From positions 9,548,001 to 9,612,000 of the forward strand of contig CM106586.1 of the NCBI GenBank assembly GCA_048013815.1: DNA of 64,000 nucleotides, read 5' to 3'. How positions within the stretch are numbered: position 1 is the stretch's first letter; each line of letters begins with the position of its first letter. The notes under the pieces were generated by a model, which was given only the letters and a program-made list of their open reading frames with translations, made no database searches and was not told where the DNA came from. A program made the position numbers and the translations under genes. Positions 11,902-23,096 of this stretch are shown one piece after another. This DNA is from Setoptus koraiensis (lineage: Eukaryota > Animalia > Arthropoda).

Positions 11902-14772
11902 ATGGACCAAGCAACCTCCTCTTTAGCGCAGCTCTCTCTCAAGCGAACTGCAAAATTTCCAGCAAGGCCAAAGGCGCCTGCCAGGTTAGGTAGAGAAGTC
12001 AAGCTCATAGTGAATCTATTCAAGCTATCCTATAACACTAAGTGCCCCATCAAGAAATATCATGTGTCCGTGTTGCCGCCACCACGTTTGCCAAAACCGG
12101 GCGACAAAGAGAAACCTAGAGCAAGTGGCGACTCTGTCCGACCAACTGACACGCAAATCACAAAGAAAATTCCCCAAAAAATCAGTCGAGCTCTCGTTAG
12201 AAAAGCGCTGATTTGTCTAACCAAAGGTCCTCCGAAAATACAAATGGACGACTCAAAATATGTATACGACGGTATAGCCACAATCTACACGATTGTTGAT
12301 TTATTTGGACCGAGTGCTTCTAAGACAAACAATTGGTTTGAGGCACAAATTCCACACGAAGAGTTGACAATAGTGGACGGACGCATGGTTATGGCGTCTA
12401 AGAATTACACAGTGAAGATAGGCTATCATCAAATCAATGGTACCAACATCGACCTCAGCATGCTTGAGAAATATTGTCGGGGTGAGGCACTCGCAATAGA
12501 AGACGTGCAACCCGCTATTCAGGCCTTGAATGTTATCATCAGTTACAATATGGTTCTGTCGGGCAGATATGTAAGCATTCGCAGCAACATGTTCTGTCCG
12601 GATCCGAGAACAGATTTAGATTTGGGAAATGGAATCAAATTGAACACTGGCTTCTATTTGAGTGCCAGGCCGGCAAAATGTGGTATGCTGTTGAATGTTG
12701 CCAACTCAATCGCCGCGTTCTATGACGAATGCAATCTGGTCGACCTGCTCTGCCAGCGAGTGGCTTCGAAAAGGTTTCGGCGAGAAAATGAACAAGTCGA
12801 CGTCAAAACTGCCTTTATGGAAGCTCAAAAAGATAAAACTATATGGGACCAGTTCGAGGTTGATATTAAACACAAACAAGTAGAGGTTAGACACAAAGCG
12901 TATCCAGGTTCCAATCCTAGCGTCAAACACTATAGGAAAGTACGCGTACTTGGATTAGCCAGAGTTGACTCACAACAGTTGAAGTTTAATGAGGTTAACC
13001 ATGAAACAAAAGCTGTGAGAGAGACATCGGTTGAAGAATATCTCAAACGTGTGCATAACTATACTGTGAAATATCCAAAACTATTCTGTATTAAAGTTGG
13101 AAATCTTGAGCAGTTCTACCATCTGCCTATGGAAGTGGGCTGGTTGATAGAAAAGCAGCATTGCAAGAGAAGGTTTGATCCTAAGGAGACCGCTGAAATA
13201 ATAAGGAAAACCGCCACCAAGCCGGATGTCCACTTTGATAAAATAAATCGCAATGCTGCGGATATCAGGAATAGCGGAAAGAAAATTTACGAAACCTTTG
13301 GAATTAATATCGGTGCTGAGCCATTGCCAGTGAAAGGCAGGGAGCTTGAGCCAACAAGCTTGATGGGCAATAAATTAATCAAACCTTTTGATGGCGCTTA
13401 TAATATTAGAGACGGAATAAAGTTCTTCAATCCAGTTTCGATTACAAAATGGATGCTGGCCCTCTGCGCTCACGATCCCAAACGACCTGATCGCGACATA
13501 AAAGATAAAAATGACAAAGCGTGTGACCAGTTCCTGAAGAATTATTCGAGTGGCGCCAGATCATTAGGCATAGCGATACCTGCGCCGAATACGAGAATAA
13601 TATCTAGTGATAACTGGATGGACGATTCATTCTGGAAAGACAAATTCTTCCCTTTCTTAGAGAACAACGGATGTCAATACGTTCTTATTGTTTTGCCAGA
13701 ACAGGCTCAGCCAAGCCTGTATCAAACTATTAAATTTCTTGAAGCCAGCTCTGCCACCAGGATGAAAGGCAAGTTCATTAAAACGCAGTGTTTGAAGTTT
13801 GCTAACTTTAAAAAAGGCATAGGAATAGGAAGAGCACCCGATCTATCTCTTGTCACAAATTTGTGGTTGAAAGCCAATGAAAAGTTGGGAGGAAACAACT
13901 TCACTCTCAAAGCCAGCACTACACCAGGCATGTTCGATCCGAACAATTTATATCTGGGTATTGACGTGAGCCATCCAGCTCCCGCTGATAAGCTGTGCCG
14001 TTCGGTCGTGGCGGCGGTTGGCATGTGGGACATCACAGGTAAAGTGGGATACCACACTGTATTAAAAGTCCAAGAGACAAGAAATGAATCATCCGCTCAG
14101 AAAATCACCATTGAGCATGTGGATAAAGCAGCTGAGATGCTGGCCCTCATTGTGGAATCTTACAAGGCATCTAAGAAGTCTTACCCAAAGCATATCCTAA
14201 TTTTGAGAGACGGAGTATCAGAGGGTCAATTCAATATTGTGCATGACATCGAGCTTAATAAGATATTGACTTATGTGGGCAAATTGCCGGGAGCCGCCAA
14301 ACCTAAAGTGACCTATGTTGTTGTGCAGAAGCGTCACAAGATTCGCTTCAGGCTTGCACAACGCTCACAAAGGGATAAAGATGACAATATCCATCCAGGG
14401 ACCGTTGTCGACCAGGATATCATTCATCCGACCGATCATGATTTCTACCTGGCACCCCACAAAGCTATCCAAGGAACAAGTAGACCGGCCCACTACTACG
14501 CTTTGCACGATGAAAAAAATTACTCCCAGGATGATCTGCAGGAGATTAGTCACGCATTATGCTACATGTCTCCACGTTGCAATCGAGCCATATCTATCCC
14601 TGCTCCGGTATATCTGGCTGACTTGGCGGCTGAGAGAGGCCGTAATCTAGTGATCGCATGGGCAGCACGTTTCACAAGCAAAAGCCAGGGATCGAGCGAG
14701 AACATCAATGATCTCAACAAATTCTTCTCCAACTTGCCTTCAGAATATTTAAATGAGCTTTTCTACAACTAA
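11902..14772 (+). CDS. AGO: Argonaute, divergent AGO-clade (siRNA-type), intronless, 956 aa
   Basis: N-terminal FPARP..GREV.L.VN.F; PAZ domain; MID residues Y..K, TQC, LK.N.KLGG; PIWI motifs GIDVSHP, RDGVSEGQF, QKRH, GTSRPAHY, SIPAPVYLADLAAERGR. Confidence 0.97.
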   Translation: MDQATSSLAQLSLKRTAKFPARPKAPARLGREVKLIVNLFKLSYNTKCPIKKYHVSVLPPPRLPKPGDKEKPRASGDSVRPTDTQITKKIPQKISRALVRKALICLTKGPPKIQMDDSKYVYDGIATIYTIVDLFGPSASKTNNWFEAQIPHEELTIVDGRMVMASKNYTVKIGYHQINGTNIDLSMLEKYCRGEALAIEDVQPAIQALNVIISYNMVLSGRYVSIRSNMFCPDPRTDLDLGNGIKLNTGFYLSARPAKCGMLLNVANSIAAFYDECNLVDLLCQRVASKRFRRENEQVDVKTAFMEAQKDKTIWDQFEVDIKHKQVEVRHKAYPGSNPSVKHYRKVRVLGLARVDSQQLKFNEVNHETKAVRETSVEEYLKRVHNYTVKYPKLFCIKVGNLEQFYHLPMEVGWLIEKQHCKRRFDPKETAEIIRKTATKPDVHFDKINRNAADIRNSGKKIYETFGINIGAEPLPVKGRELEPTSLMGNKLIKPFDGAYNIRDGIKFFNPVSITKWMLALCAHDPKRPDRDIKDKNDKACDQFLKNYSSGARSLGIAIPAPNTRIISSDNWMDDSFWKDKFFPFLENNGCQYVLIVLPEQAQPSLYQTIKFLEASSATRMKGKFIKTQCLKFANFKKGIGIGRAPDLSLVTNLWLKANEKLGGNNFTLKASTTPGMFDPNNLYLGIDVSHPAPADKLCRSVVAAVGMWDITGKVGYHTVLKVQETRNESSAQKITIEHVDKAAEMLALIVESYKASKKSYPKHILILRDGVSEGQFNIVHDIELNKILTYVGKLPGAAKPKVTYVVVQKRHKIRFRLAQRSQRDKDDNIHPGTVVDQDIIHPTDHDFYLAPHKAIQGTSRPAHYYALHDEKNYSQDDLQEISHALCYMSPRCNRAISIPAPVYLADLAAERGRNLVIAWAARFTSKSQGSSENINDLNKFFSNLPSEYLNELFYN

Positions 14773-15277
14773 CATAGAATTATCCGCATCATTATGTAAG
14801 ATCATCCATGTGCTTCCTTTCGAAGGGAATATTGATAAAGAAATTGACCTGGTAAATATATATAGTGACTCGTTCTAGAGGAGGGCACAAAGTCTTGGGA
14901 CCAGTGAGTATCGTTGATAATTTATTGAGACGACTGATTGAGCGAGTAGAATTGATATGATATCTTTAATAAACAGACGCCTGCTGGAAGAGGAGGTAAA
15001 ACACACATGAAGTTCTACGTTCACCGTATTGTCGAGAATTGTTGAGAAACTAGATTCCATGCTGGATCTAGTCGAATTACAGAATATTCTATCGTTCTCT
15101 AGATTGATCCATCTACATAGATACTCTCATAGAATTGAAATAGTGTGACGAAATGATTCTGATTAATAGATGCTTCCAGTTTGAATGAGATCGTTTCTTG
15201 AATCCTGCCTCTCGCCACCAATCAGATTATCTTGATGGTGCTGATTGTCATTGAATATCACAGATAGTTATAATTGA

Positions 15278-17519
15278 TTATGTTGAGGAGGTTTGAGTCT
15301 GCTTGAGGATCGATTTTTGTGCAAAGTTCACGACAAAAAATGAGCATATAGTTAGAGTAAGTCCAGATATAAAAGTGGTCCACTCCAACATAGGACTGGG
15401 CTTGAAAAATAATCTTACTGGATTTCGAATGCTTCTATCACTTTCTGTCCATGTAGAAAATTCTCTGGCCATTGTTTCATTTTGTTCTACCTCTTCGTAT
15501 TGGAATGTTGGACTCAACGAAGGAGTCCTTAACACCTGGAACTTGATGCAAACACCATTCTCTGTTTTATCGTCTCCATTCACATAAATGTATCGATGGG
15601 TCAAACTTTTGGCGGACATATCCTCGCATTCTTTTGGTGTAATCTGTGGCTGTTTGTCGGCCAGAAAGTACGACAATAACAGCTGTGTTACAATTGAATT
15701 ATAGCTGCTATCATACGTGTCAACGGGACCCTTGAATATGGAACCCTTGGAATGTTCTGTAGCTGCAGTAACGAGATCACATTCCGCATCAATCAGGTAA
15801 CACTCCAATAGTTTCTTAACAATCTCTTTATCAGCAGCAATATTATCATAATTCTTATCCTTGCCAAATGCCGTCAAATAAGTTACTCTCGCAACAGCAG
15901 TAGTTATATTTGTTAAATGATCAACGAGCTTGTAATTTTCTGTTCTGTTGATATTGTTTCTGTCGTCATATATACTGTGGTAAAGCAAATTTGAATATTC
16001 TTTCTGGTGATTTGTCAATACTAGACCAGCAATCTCCTGATCTAATCTAAGAAACGATTGTATAGATGATGGTGGCAATGGCATCGCAGTGTCGGGTTTA
16101 ACAAAATTAACTAGTTGTGAGGTGTTAAAAGCGGATACAATATCGTTCAATTTGTTAGCAGTTCGATTGTAATTTAGAGGATCTGTGTGCATGAAAACGG
16201 ATCCTGCCGTGCCGGGGTATAAAGCGAGTTGGTTCAGCTCTATGATTGAGTCGACGCCTTTGAGATTGGTATTCTGTATAGATTCTTTGTCAACATTAAT
16301 CTTATAGTATCTGAATAACCTATCGGTCTTCATATCGTAGGCCATTCTTCCCGATCCGGTGTAGTCCAAGGACTCAGCATCAAATATAGCGAACGCTATA
16401 TTGCGGCCACTTTTTAAAACAGTGTCTGAATTTTTAAATTTGGCCAAGGTATCTGATACTGCAAGCAGAACCACCAAACCAGTAATCGCAGAGTCAGCTC
16501 CAGGCGATAGGTGATTGAAGAAACTCATGGAATCCATTCTGGTTGTGACCATCACAATAGATCGCTCACTCACAAGAGGTGTGCTATTTGCCGGTTTAAT
16601 ACCAACGGCATCTTTATAATATCCGAAAATGTTATTCTTATTTATTGGCCTACATCTTGAACTTTGTAATTGAAATATGTCATCTATGGTAGCTCGTCCA
16701 TATAGACAATAATCAGAATTACTTGCCGCTGACATGAAACTATCCAATTGAGCACTACACAGAGGGTAGTCCGATTGCTTGTTTGCTCCTCCTTGATTGT
16801 AATTGTGAGTTTCAAAACAATTCATGATTTCATCAACTGACTCTTTTTTAGTAATTAAGAAAATGGGAAATGGTATATCCTGGAAAAACAGGTCTGACGT
16901 GTCCGATTTGATTTGCCATGATTGTTTTTTGCAATTTCCGTAGTCACTGTCATTTGAATACAGTCCGGTGTGTTTATTAGGACAAGTTGAATCAGTGGAG
17001 AAAGGTTTGATTTCGTAGCCTTTGTCCTCTGTCATGTTCTGTTTGATTAGAATTACTCCGCTCACTCTAGCTGGATATGCCTGTTTGAACTTAAGTATGT
17101 TTGCAGAGGTGAATTGGCCACGGTTAAGAACCACTATGTAGGGAGGCGTGGGACCATTCGTAAGAACATGTTGGATGTCTTCTTCGCCATTGACAGTCCA
17201 AACTACTCCTACGTTTCCTCCAGGGTCTGAAGTACATCCAATCTGATGAGTTAAATTCAATCTTCTTGTGCAGTAGTAATCACTCTGTAAATTGATGTAT
17301 ATCTTTTCGTCCACCTTCTCGCTGGTTATCAGATTTGGGTCTGTAGGTGGAGAAAGTACAAAAAGGAAAAATTGTTAGTGATTGATGTGTATGATATTTG
17401 TTGCAACGGAGACTCCCACTGGTTACTAGATTCTACTAACCTAATAATAATATTAGAGTAACCAGAGACAGCAAAAGCATTGTGACAGTCGGTTGTTTTC
17501 TAATGAAGATGCCTGTCAT
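15278..17519 (-). CDS. nct: Nicastrin (gamma-secretase subunit); exon 1 17519-17441 (signal peptide), intron 17440-17341, exon 2 17340-15278
   Basis: KIYI...C.R.LN.THQIGC, PGADSAITG, FD.ESLDY.GS.RM.YDM, PLPPSS.Q.FL motifs and a C-terminal TM helix. GTTAGT donor and pyrimidine-CAG acceptor give a matching phase 1 junction. An alternative in-frame ATG lies at 17552. Confidence 0.95.
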
Positions 17520-18055
17520 TGGAATTGATCGGGGAGCAAGTATTCTAATCATGAAGGCAAACGTTGAGATTGAATAAGCTACTTGTCTAGTGTGATCTAT
17601 TGGGTGATGCATTAATTAAATATTTACTGTTTCATTAAATATTTTATTTTTTGGACTGCTCGCTCAGGCGTCTTCAAAAACCGACGAGCGTACGCGGATT
17701 TCGACGCAAGGGGGCGCCTTACCTATATTTACCGATTCGCAGATAACTACTCCTCATGATCGACTGCTATTCGTTTACACACATGCGAATGGCCACAAGC
17801 AACTAAGTGGCGCAATCTCGAAGGTGCATTGACGATGTGATGATCTCGCACCAGGGGTCGTCAAAAGCAATGCAGAACAGAGTCTGTTCAACAGACAGAT
17901 GATCACGTCGTCTTCAACATGTGATGTCGGTGAATGTTGTGAATGTTTAGATCTGTAAGGGCGCATTGGAAATTCGCGACCATTACATTCTGACTTAAGT
18001 ACCATATACCTTTATTTTTGACTTTTCAATTCTCTCTGAAGTTATCATTTACATC

Positions 18056-18550
18056 ATGAATATGGATTCAATGATCAAGCAACTCAAGGAAGCTGAGCAA
18101 ATAGCGGTAAGTCGATTAACGACACAATAATATACTTGATATCTAATAACAAAGTGATATTTAGAAAATAACTTTCCAATTTTCATACAGTCAACCGCTT
18201 TATTTCAGGCAAAACAAAAAATAGAGTTGATTAAAAAGGCCGATAACAGGCCAGTTTTTTCGGAGGAATTAATTAAATATGCGCACAATATTAGCTCCCA
18301 ACATAGTGTCGCTAGCCCCTATAATTGGGATGTTGGTGACCCTCGTCGACCATACCCCACTGATCTCCAAATGCGACAAAGCCTACTAAGTGGGCACAAC
18401 CCAACATCATTCGACTCATCACCTTTCCGCTTTATACCCACGGGTTTACCAGGGTCTGGGTCCACAAAGAAGGCAGCAAATATAGACGAGAAAGATGTTG
18501 ATCTCATGTCCACAGATTCATCTTCAAGCTCCTCCAGTGATAGTCAATAA
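18056..18550 (+). CDS. MED4: Mediator subunit 4 homologue; N-terminal ~100 aa not located; exons 18056-18106 and 18191-18550
   Basis: KQLKEAEQI | STALFQAKQK...SEELIKYAH.IS...W..GDPRRPYPTDL.MR matches MED4. 84-nt GTAAGT...CAG intron in phase 0. In-frame stop at 17996-17998 upstream. Confidence 0.8.
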
Positions 18551-18602
18551 TGAGATTGCCGTAGACCATCTAATACTAGCTTGGCGACTTCATACCACCA
18601 GG

Positions 18603-19275
18603 GCCATTGCCACCATCATCTATACAATCGTTTCTTAGATTAGATCAGGAGATTGCTGGTCTAGTATTGACAAATCACCAGAAAGAATATTCAAATTTGC
18701 TTTACCACAGTATATATGACGACAGAAACAATATCAACAGAACAGAAAATTACAAGCTCGTTGATCATTTAACAAATATAACTACTGCTGTTGCGAGAGT
18801 AACTTATTTGACGGCATTTGGCAAGGATAAGAATTATGATAATATTGCTGCTGATAAAGAGATTGTTAAGAAACTATTGGAGTGTTACCTGATTGATGCG
18901 GAATGTGATCTCGTTACTGCAGCTACAGAACATTCCAAGGGTTCCATATTCAAGGGTCCCGTTGACACGTATGATAGCAGCTATAATTCAATTGTAACAC
19001 AGCTGTTATTGTCGTACTTTCTGGCCGACAAACAGCCACAGATTACACCAAAAGAATGCGAGGATATGTCCGCCAAAAGTTTGACCCATCGATACATTTA
19101 TGTGAATGGAGACGATAAAACAGAGAATGGTGTTTGCATCAAGTTCCAGGTGTTAAGGACTCCTTCGTTGAGTCCAACATTCCAATACGAAGAGGTAGAA
19201 CAAAATGAAACAATGGCCAGAGAATTTTCTACATGGACAGAAAGTGATAGAAGCGTTCGAAATCCAGTGAGGTAG
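18603..19275 (+). pseudogene. Near-identical inverted partial copy of nicastrin CDS (666 bp), lacking start, signal peptide and TM helix
   Basis: 18603-19268 is the reverse complement of 15417-16082. The translations differ at one residue (I>V) and spot-checked stretches are identical. The frame ends at TAG 19273-19275. Confidence 0.95.
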
Positions 19276-19282
19276 AGTCAAT

Positions 19283-19705
19283 ATAATCTGATTGGTGGCG
19301 AGGGGCAGAATTCAAAAAACGATCTAATTCAGTAGGAAGTATCTATCTATCGAGATCATTTCGTCGCAAAATTTCAATCTCATGGGAGTATCTAGCTGGA
19401 TCAGTCTAAAGAACAATCGAACATTCTGTTCTTCGACTAGAGCCAGCTTGGAATCTAGTTTCTCAACGATTCTCGACAATACGGTGAACGGAGAACAATA
19501 CGGTGTGTTTTGCCTCCTCTTCCAGCTGGCGTCTGTTTATTAAAGATATCATGTCAATTCAACTCGATCAATCATTAGTGTCAATACAGTATAAGCGATG
19601 CTCACTGGTTTCAAGAATTCGTGCAATCTTTCAGAACGATTTGCTAAATAGCAGATCCAATCAATTTACATAGATGATCCTACTTAATGTTACAGATCAT
19701 TCTAT
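19283..19705. repeat. Older inverted copy of the Ago-nicastrin intergenic/3' UTR region (14774-15230)
   Basis: Colinear reverse-complement match, e.g. GGAATCTAGTTTCTCAAC.ATTCTCGACAATACGGTGAACG and CCTCCTCTTCCAGC.GGCGTCTGTTTATTAAAGATATCAT. Roughly 80-85% identity by eye. Confidence 0.9.
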
Positions 19706-20430
19706 TGGATTAGCGAAGCATAGTTGAGCATATCGTTTCGTCAGACTAAGCCCTGTGTTTTTATTCGATAGACGTTGAATGGTTGAGTTGTGATTTCATT
19801 ACGAATTTTGTCCCACCAACTAAACTGTTGTCCACATACCGGATAAGTTTTATTCCTCTACTACAGGAGGTGATGATATTATCAGAATCAACTAAAGACG
19901 ATTCTATATTCTATTCATAAGGTGGATTCAAGGTTAAAGGCTCTCTCAGCTTAAATAAATCACAGCACTTTATATCCGGCATGAAGCTTTCGGCTGTAGA
20001 TCGTTTTCGAGGTATTTTTGATTGTTGACGATAGTGATGATAGAAAAAACATAAGGGAAAACATTTCAGCGGAGGAAATTCATTAAATACTAACTTTGGT
20101 CATAAACTGGTCACACGATTCTGTTAAGTTTCACCATGATAAGTTAATCCAGATATTTGTCAGTTGCCTGTTTATTGAGTTGATTTCAAAGATTATCCGA
20201 GAATAAATAGTGAGAAAGATATCGCACTATCATTGGCTTTTTAAATGCAACAGCAAGTTGAAACATACGAATCTCAACATAGGTTTTGATCAGTATAAAA
20301 AGTGTTGTGAACTCACCATTCTCTTATTCACTACCAACTTCATTCTGTTGGAAAATAGCTAAAGTTGATTGCCAAGCTAACGTAATAATATTTCAGTCGA
20401 GCAAAGGATTTTCAGTGTCAATTGATTAAG

Positions 20431-20829
20431 ATGCGAGCCTCATATTTGTTACTGTTTTCCGCCACTATTGGATTGGTGAGTATAACACAATATTTCTATA
20501 TTGATCATTCGATCTTTGAATTCACCCATTAATATCCCTCGAAACTATATCAACTAATTAACTCAGGTTTTTATTTGAGTTCCCGCTCAAAGCAACGACC
20601 AGCCAGAAGTTTGCGAGGATCGCACAGATTGTCCAATTGGCCAATATTGCTCGAAAGGTCAGTTATGGCCCGTAACTTAAGGCTGTGGTTTAAGAGATGA
20701 TTGAAACGATTGAATGACTTTTTACTGACTTACACAACTTTATTCTTTTCTGTCAATCGCACCAGAGAATGTAACGGGATCCGGTGTGTACACGGGTGTG
20801 ACAAACGCGGCATTGGGAAGATTAATTGA
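20431..20829 (+). pseudogene. 3-exon small secreted Cys-rich peptide gene with an in-frame TGA at 20576-20578
   Basis: Exons 20431-20475, 20567-20657 and ~20768-20829 give MRASYLLLFSATIGL|VFI*VPAQSNDQPEVCEDRTDCPIGQYCSK|ECNGIRCVHGCDKRGIGKIN. Donors GTGAGT and GTCAGT. The exon 3 acceptor is ambiguous (CAG-AG). Confidence 0.65.
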
Positions 20830-21303
20830 TCTCAATGTACTAAATGGGTTACCATTACTCTAGGGTCAACTTGCATTGACGCTCATTATGAAAGTCCCAT
20901 GCAGTTGCAACCCTTTCCATCAGTGTTTGAAAGGCCTGATAAAACAGGATATTCAACCCGCAATAAAGTTTTGTAGTCAAGATATGGATGCTAAAACACA
21001 TGAAACTGTGCGCCATTTACCAATTGGAAGCCCTTGAACCGCTCAAGCTGAGCGCTAATGTTATGATCTTAAATAAAACGTTTCTCACTTCTACAACATC
21101 GACAGAGAGATTAGATCTATCACAGTTTTTATCAACGAGTGCTGGTAATTTGAACGGATATAGTCCAATTTAAAATATGACGACAAAAAAAATATGCGCA
21201 TCAAAAGAAATTGATATCAAAATTTTGTTTGCATTGAATAAAGCTTTAGCTTAGCGAAGAATCGACGCTTTTATAAGAGTTCTCTAATACTCTTCGAATA
21301 GCA

Positions 21304-23096
21304 CTACATAAATTCTGATTGGTGAATCAATTGCCGCTCCAAATAAATTATTAGGGATAGTGGGAGTGAATTTTTAGGAATTCGATTGAATAGTGTCTTG
21401 TTTCTGGTAATCGTGAGTCGGGCTAGATGTTTGAGATCGGGAGCCCTCTTGAAATGCTCCACATGAGTATCTATGGCATTTCTGTTTCGATTTGAAGTAT
21501 TTTCACCCATATTGATGCTTATATCACGAGGATTCCTAGAAGATCTGATCCATTCGCAGCATCTCAGAAACCGCTCATCGGTGGATAGAGCCAATCCAAG
21601 ATCATCGCAGCCGTTTGTCAACAGGATTCGCATAGAGGTAAGCTTGTATGATATATCAGTGATATCTGTTCTCTTCATCAAACAGTAGAATGGCGTCCTC
21701 ATTTTAGCATCGGTGGCATCGGGATCAGCCCCATTGTCCAACAACAGTTCTATGAAATGAGTCAAGTCTTTTTCGCTTATGGACAAGACACAATAATGCA
21801 GGGCAGTGCGTCCGAAAGCGTTTTTTGTATTGATTAGAGAAGTGCTGTAATCTGGTTGCATGAGCATTTTCACTTTGCCTGAACTATTTATATGACTCAT
21901 TTTTTTTGCTATTGCCTTAGCTTCGGGAGATATCCTTGCCATATCATTGCTATCGTTCGTATCTGATGGAGACTGACTAGTTTTTACTGCTTCCTGGCAA
22001 GATTTCAAACTATCAGGCATGATGAGAGGATCCAAAATGTCTTCATGACGATCTACTTGATATAAAAGTTTATCAGAGATGCTCAGAGACTTTTCGGTGA
22101 GATTTTCATCATTTATATTGTTATTAGCATCCTTGTTCACGATTGACGTAGATTTGGGAAAAAATTGCTTCAGGTTAGCTTTATCCGCATCCAGGAGTAA
22201 TCGGATAATACTTGAGAGATTCTTCTTTACCATGAGACCTGACTCTGGTGGTAGAGCGCCGTTCCTATACGATTGTATGGCGATATGCAAAGCAGTGTTT
22301 CCAGCGTAATCTCGAAGTCTAACGCCAACATTGTTTATTGTTAATACTTTAACCAACTCAACATCTAAGTAGTATGCAGACATGTGCAATAATGTACGGC
22401 CATAACTATCAAGTCTAACGTCAATGTCAATGAGTTTGTTTTCTATTAGCTTGAATAAGAGTTGACGTCGAGAAGTTCGGAGATAACATTGTTCAATGAG
22501 CAGTTTGGCAACTTGCTGTTTATGATCCCATATATCGTTTTGGTATAGATTCTATAGGAAGAAAAAGATTTACAGGTTAAATTCGATGTTAGTGCGCCAT
22601 TCAAGGCTCAGATAAGTATGCGAGGAATTCAATGCAACACTTACGGCTATATGATTGACAAGTTGGTCGTATCTCTGCTCAACAACTAATTCGATAATTT
22701 CCTGTTTTTGATAAACTCCAATATGCCTACTAAAGCTTTGGCAGTAGAATTGTAGCTGTGATATAAAATCAAAACTACCGTCAATAAAGTTCGTTATCAA
22801 CATGATGGCTTACAGACGTTCAGAACAGTGTTTAATTCAATGTGACGTCCAATGTTGTCGAAAATCTCCGATTCATCAACTCTTTTGTACCTTGAGTTGG
22901 AAAAGAATGTTGAGTTAGTAGGTAGTATGAATTGTGAATGATTTCTGAATGATATTGTTTTAGAAATACCGAGGATCCCCAGAATGTTTTTCAAACCGCT
23001 TGCGAGAGACCGGTAACTTGGTGTACTTACTTTGGTGTTTTTTACGTCGGAGTAATTAATGAGTGGAAACCATTTTTTGCTTCCTATAATGTCCAA
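21304..23096 (-). CDS. Ankyrin-repeat and SOCS-box protein (ASB-like); main exon 22551-21304, probable upstream exons 22755-22645 and 23096-22818
   Basis: Ankyrin motifs GRTLLH, GNTALHIA, GRTALH, GADPDA, RTPF; C-terminal PDLKHLARL.I...LP..L..YL SOCS box. Intron 22644-22552 has GTAAGT, a CTAAC branch point and TAG. The 5'-most exon junction is uncertain. Confidence 0.8.

Noticed and set aside
20017-20028. 12-nt match to the 5' end of miR-315 (TTTTGATTGTTG)
   Set aside because: The match stops at 12 nt and there is no complementary arm for a hairpin.
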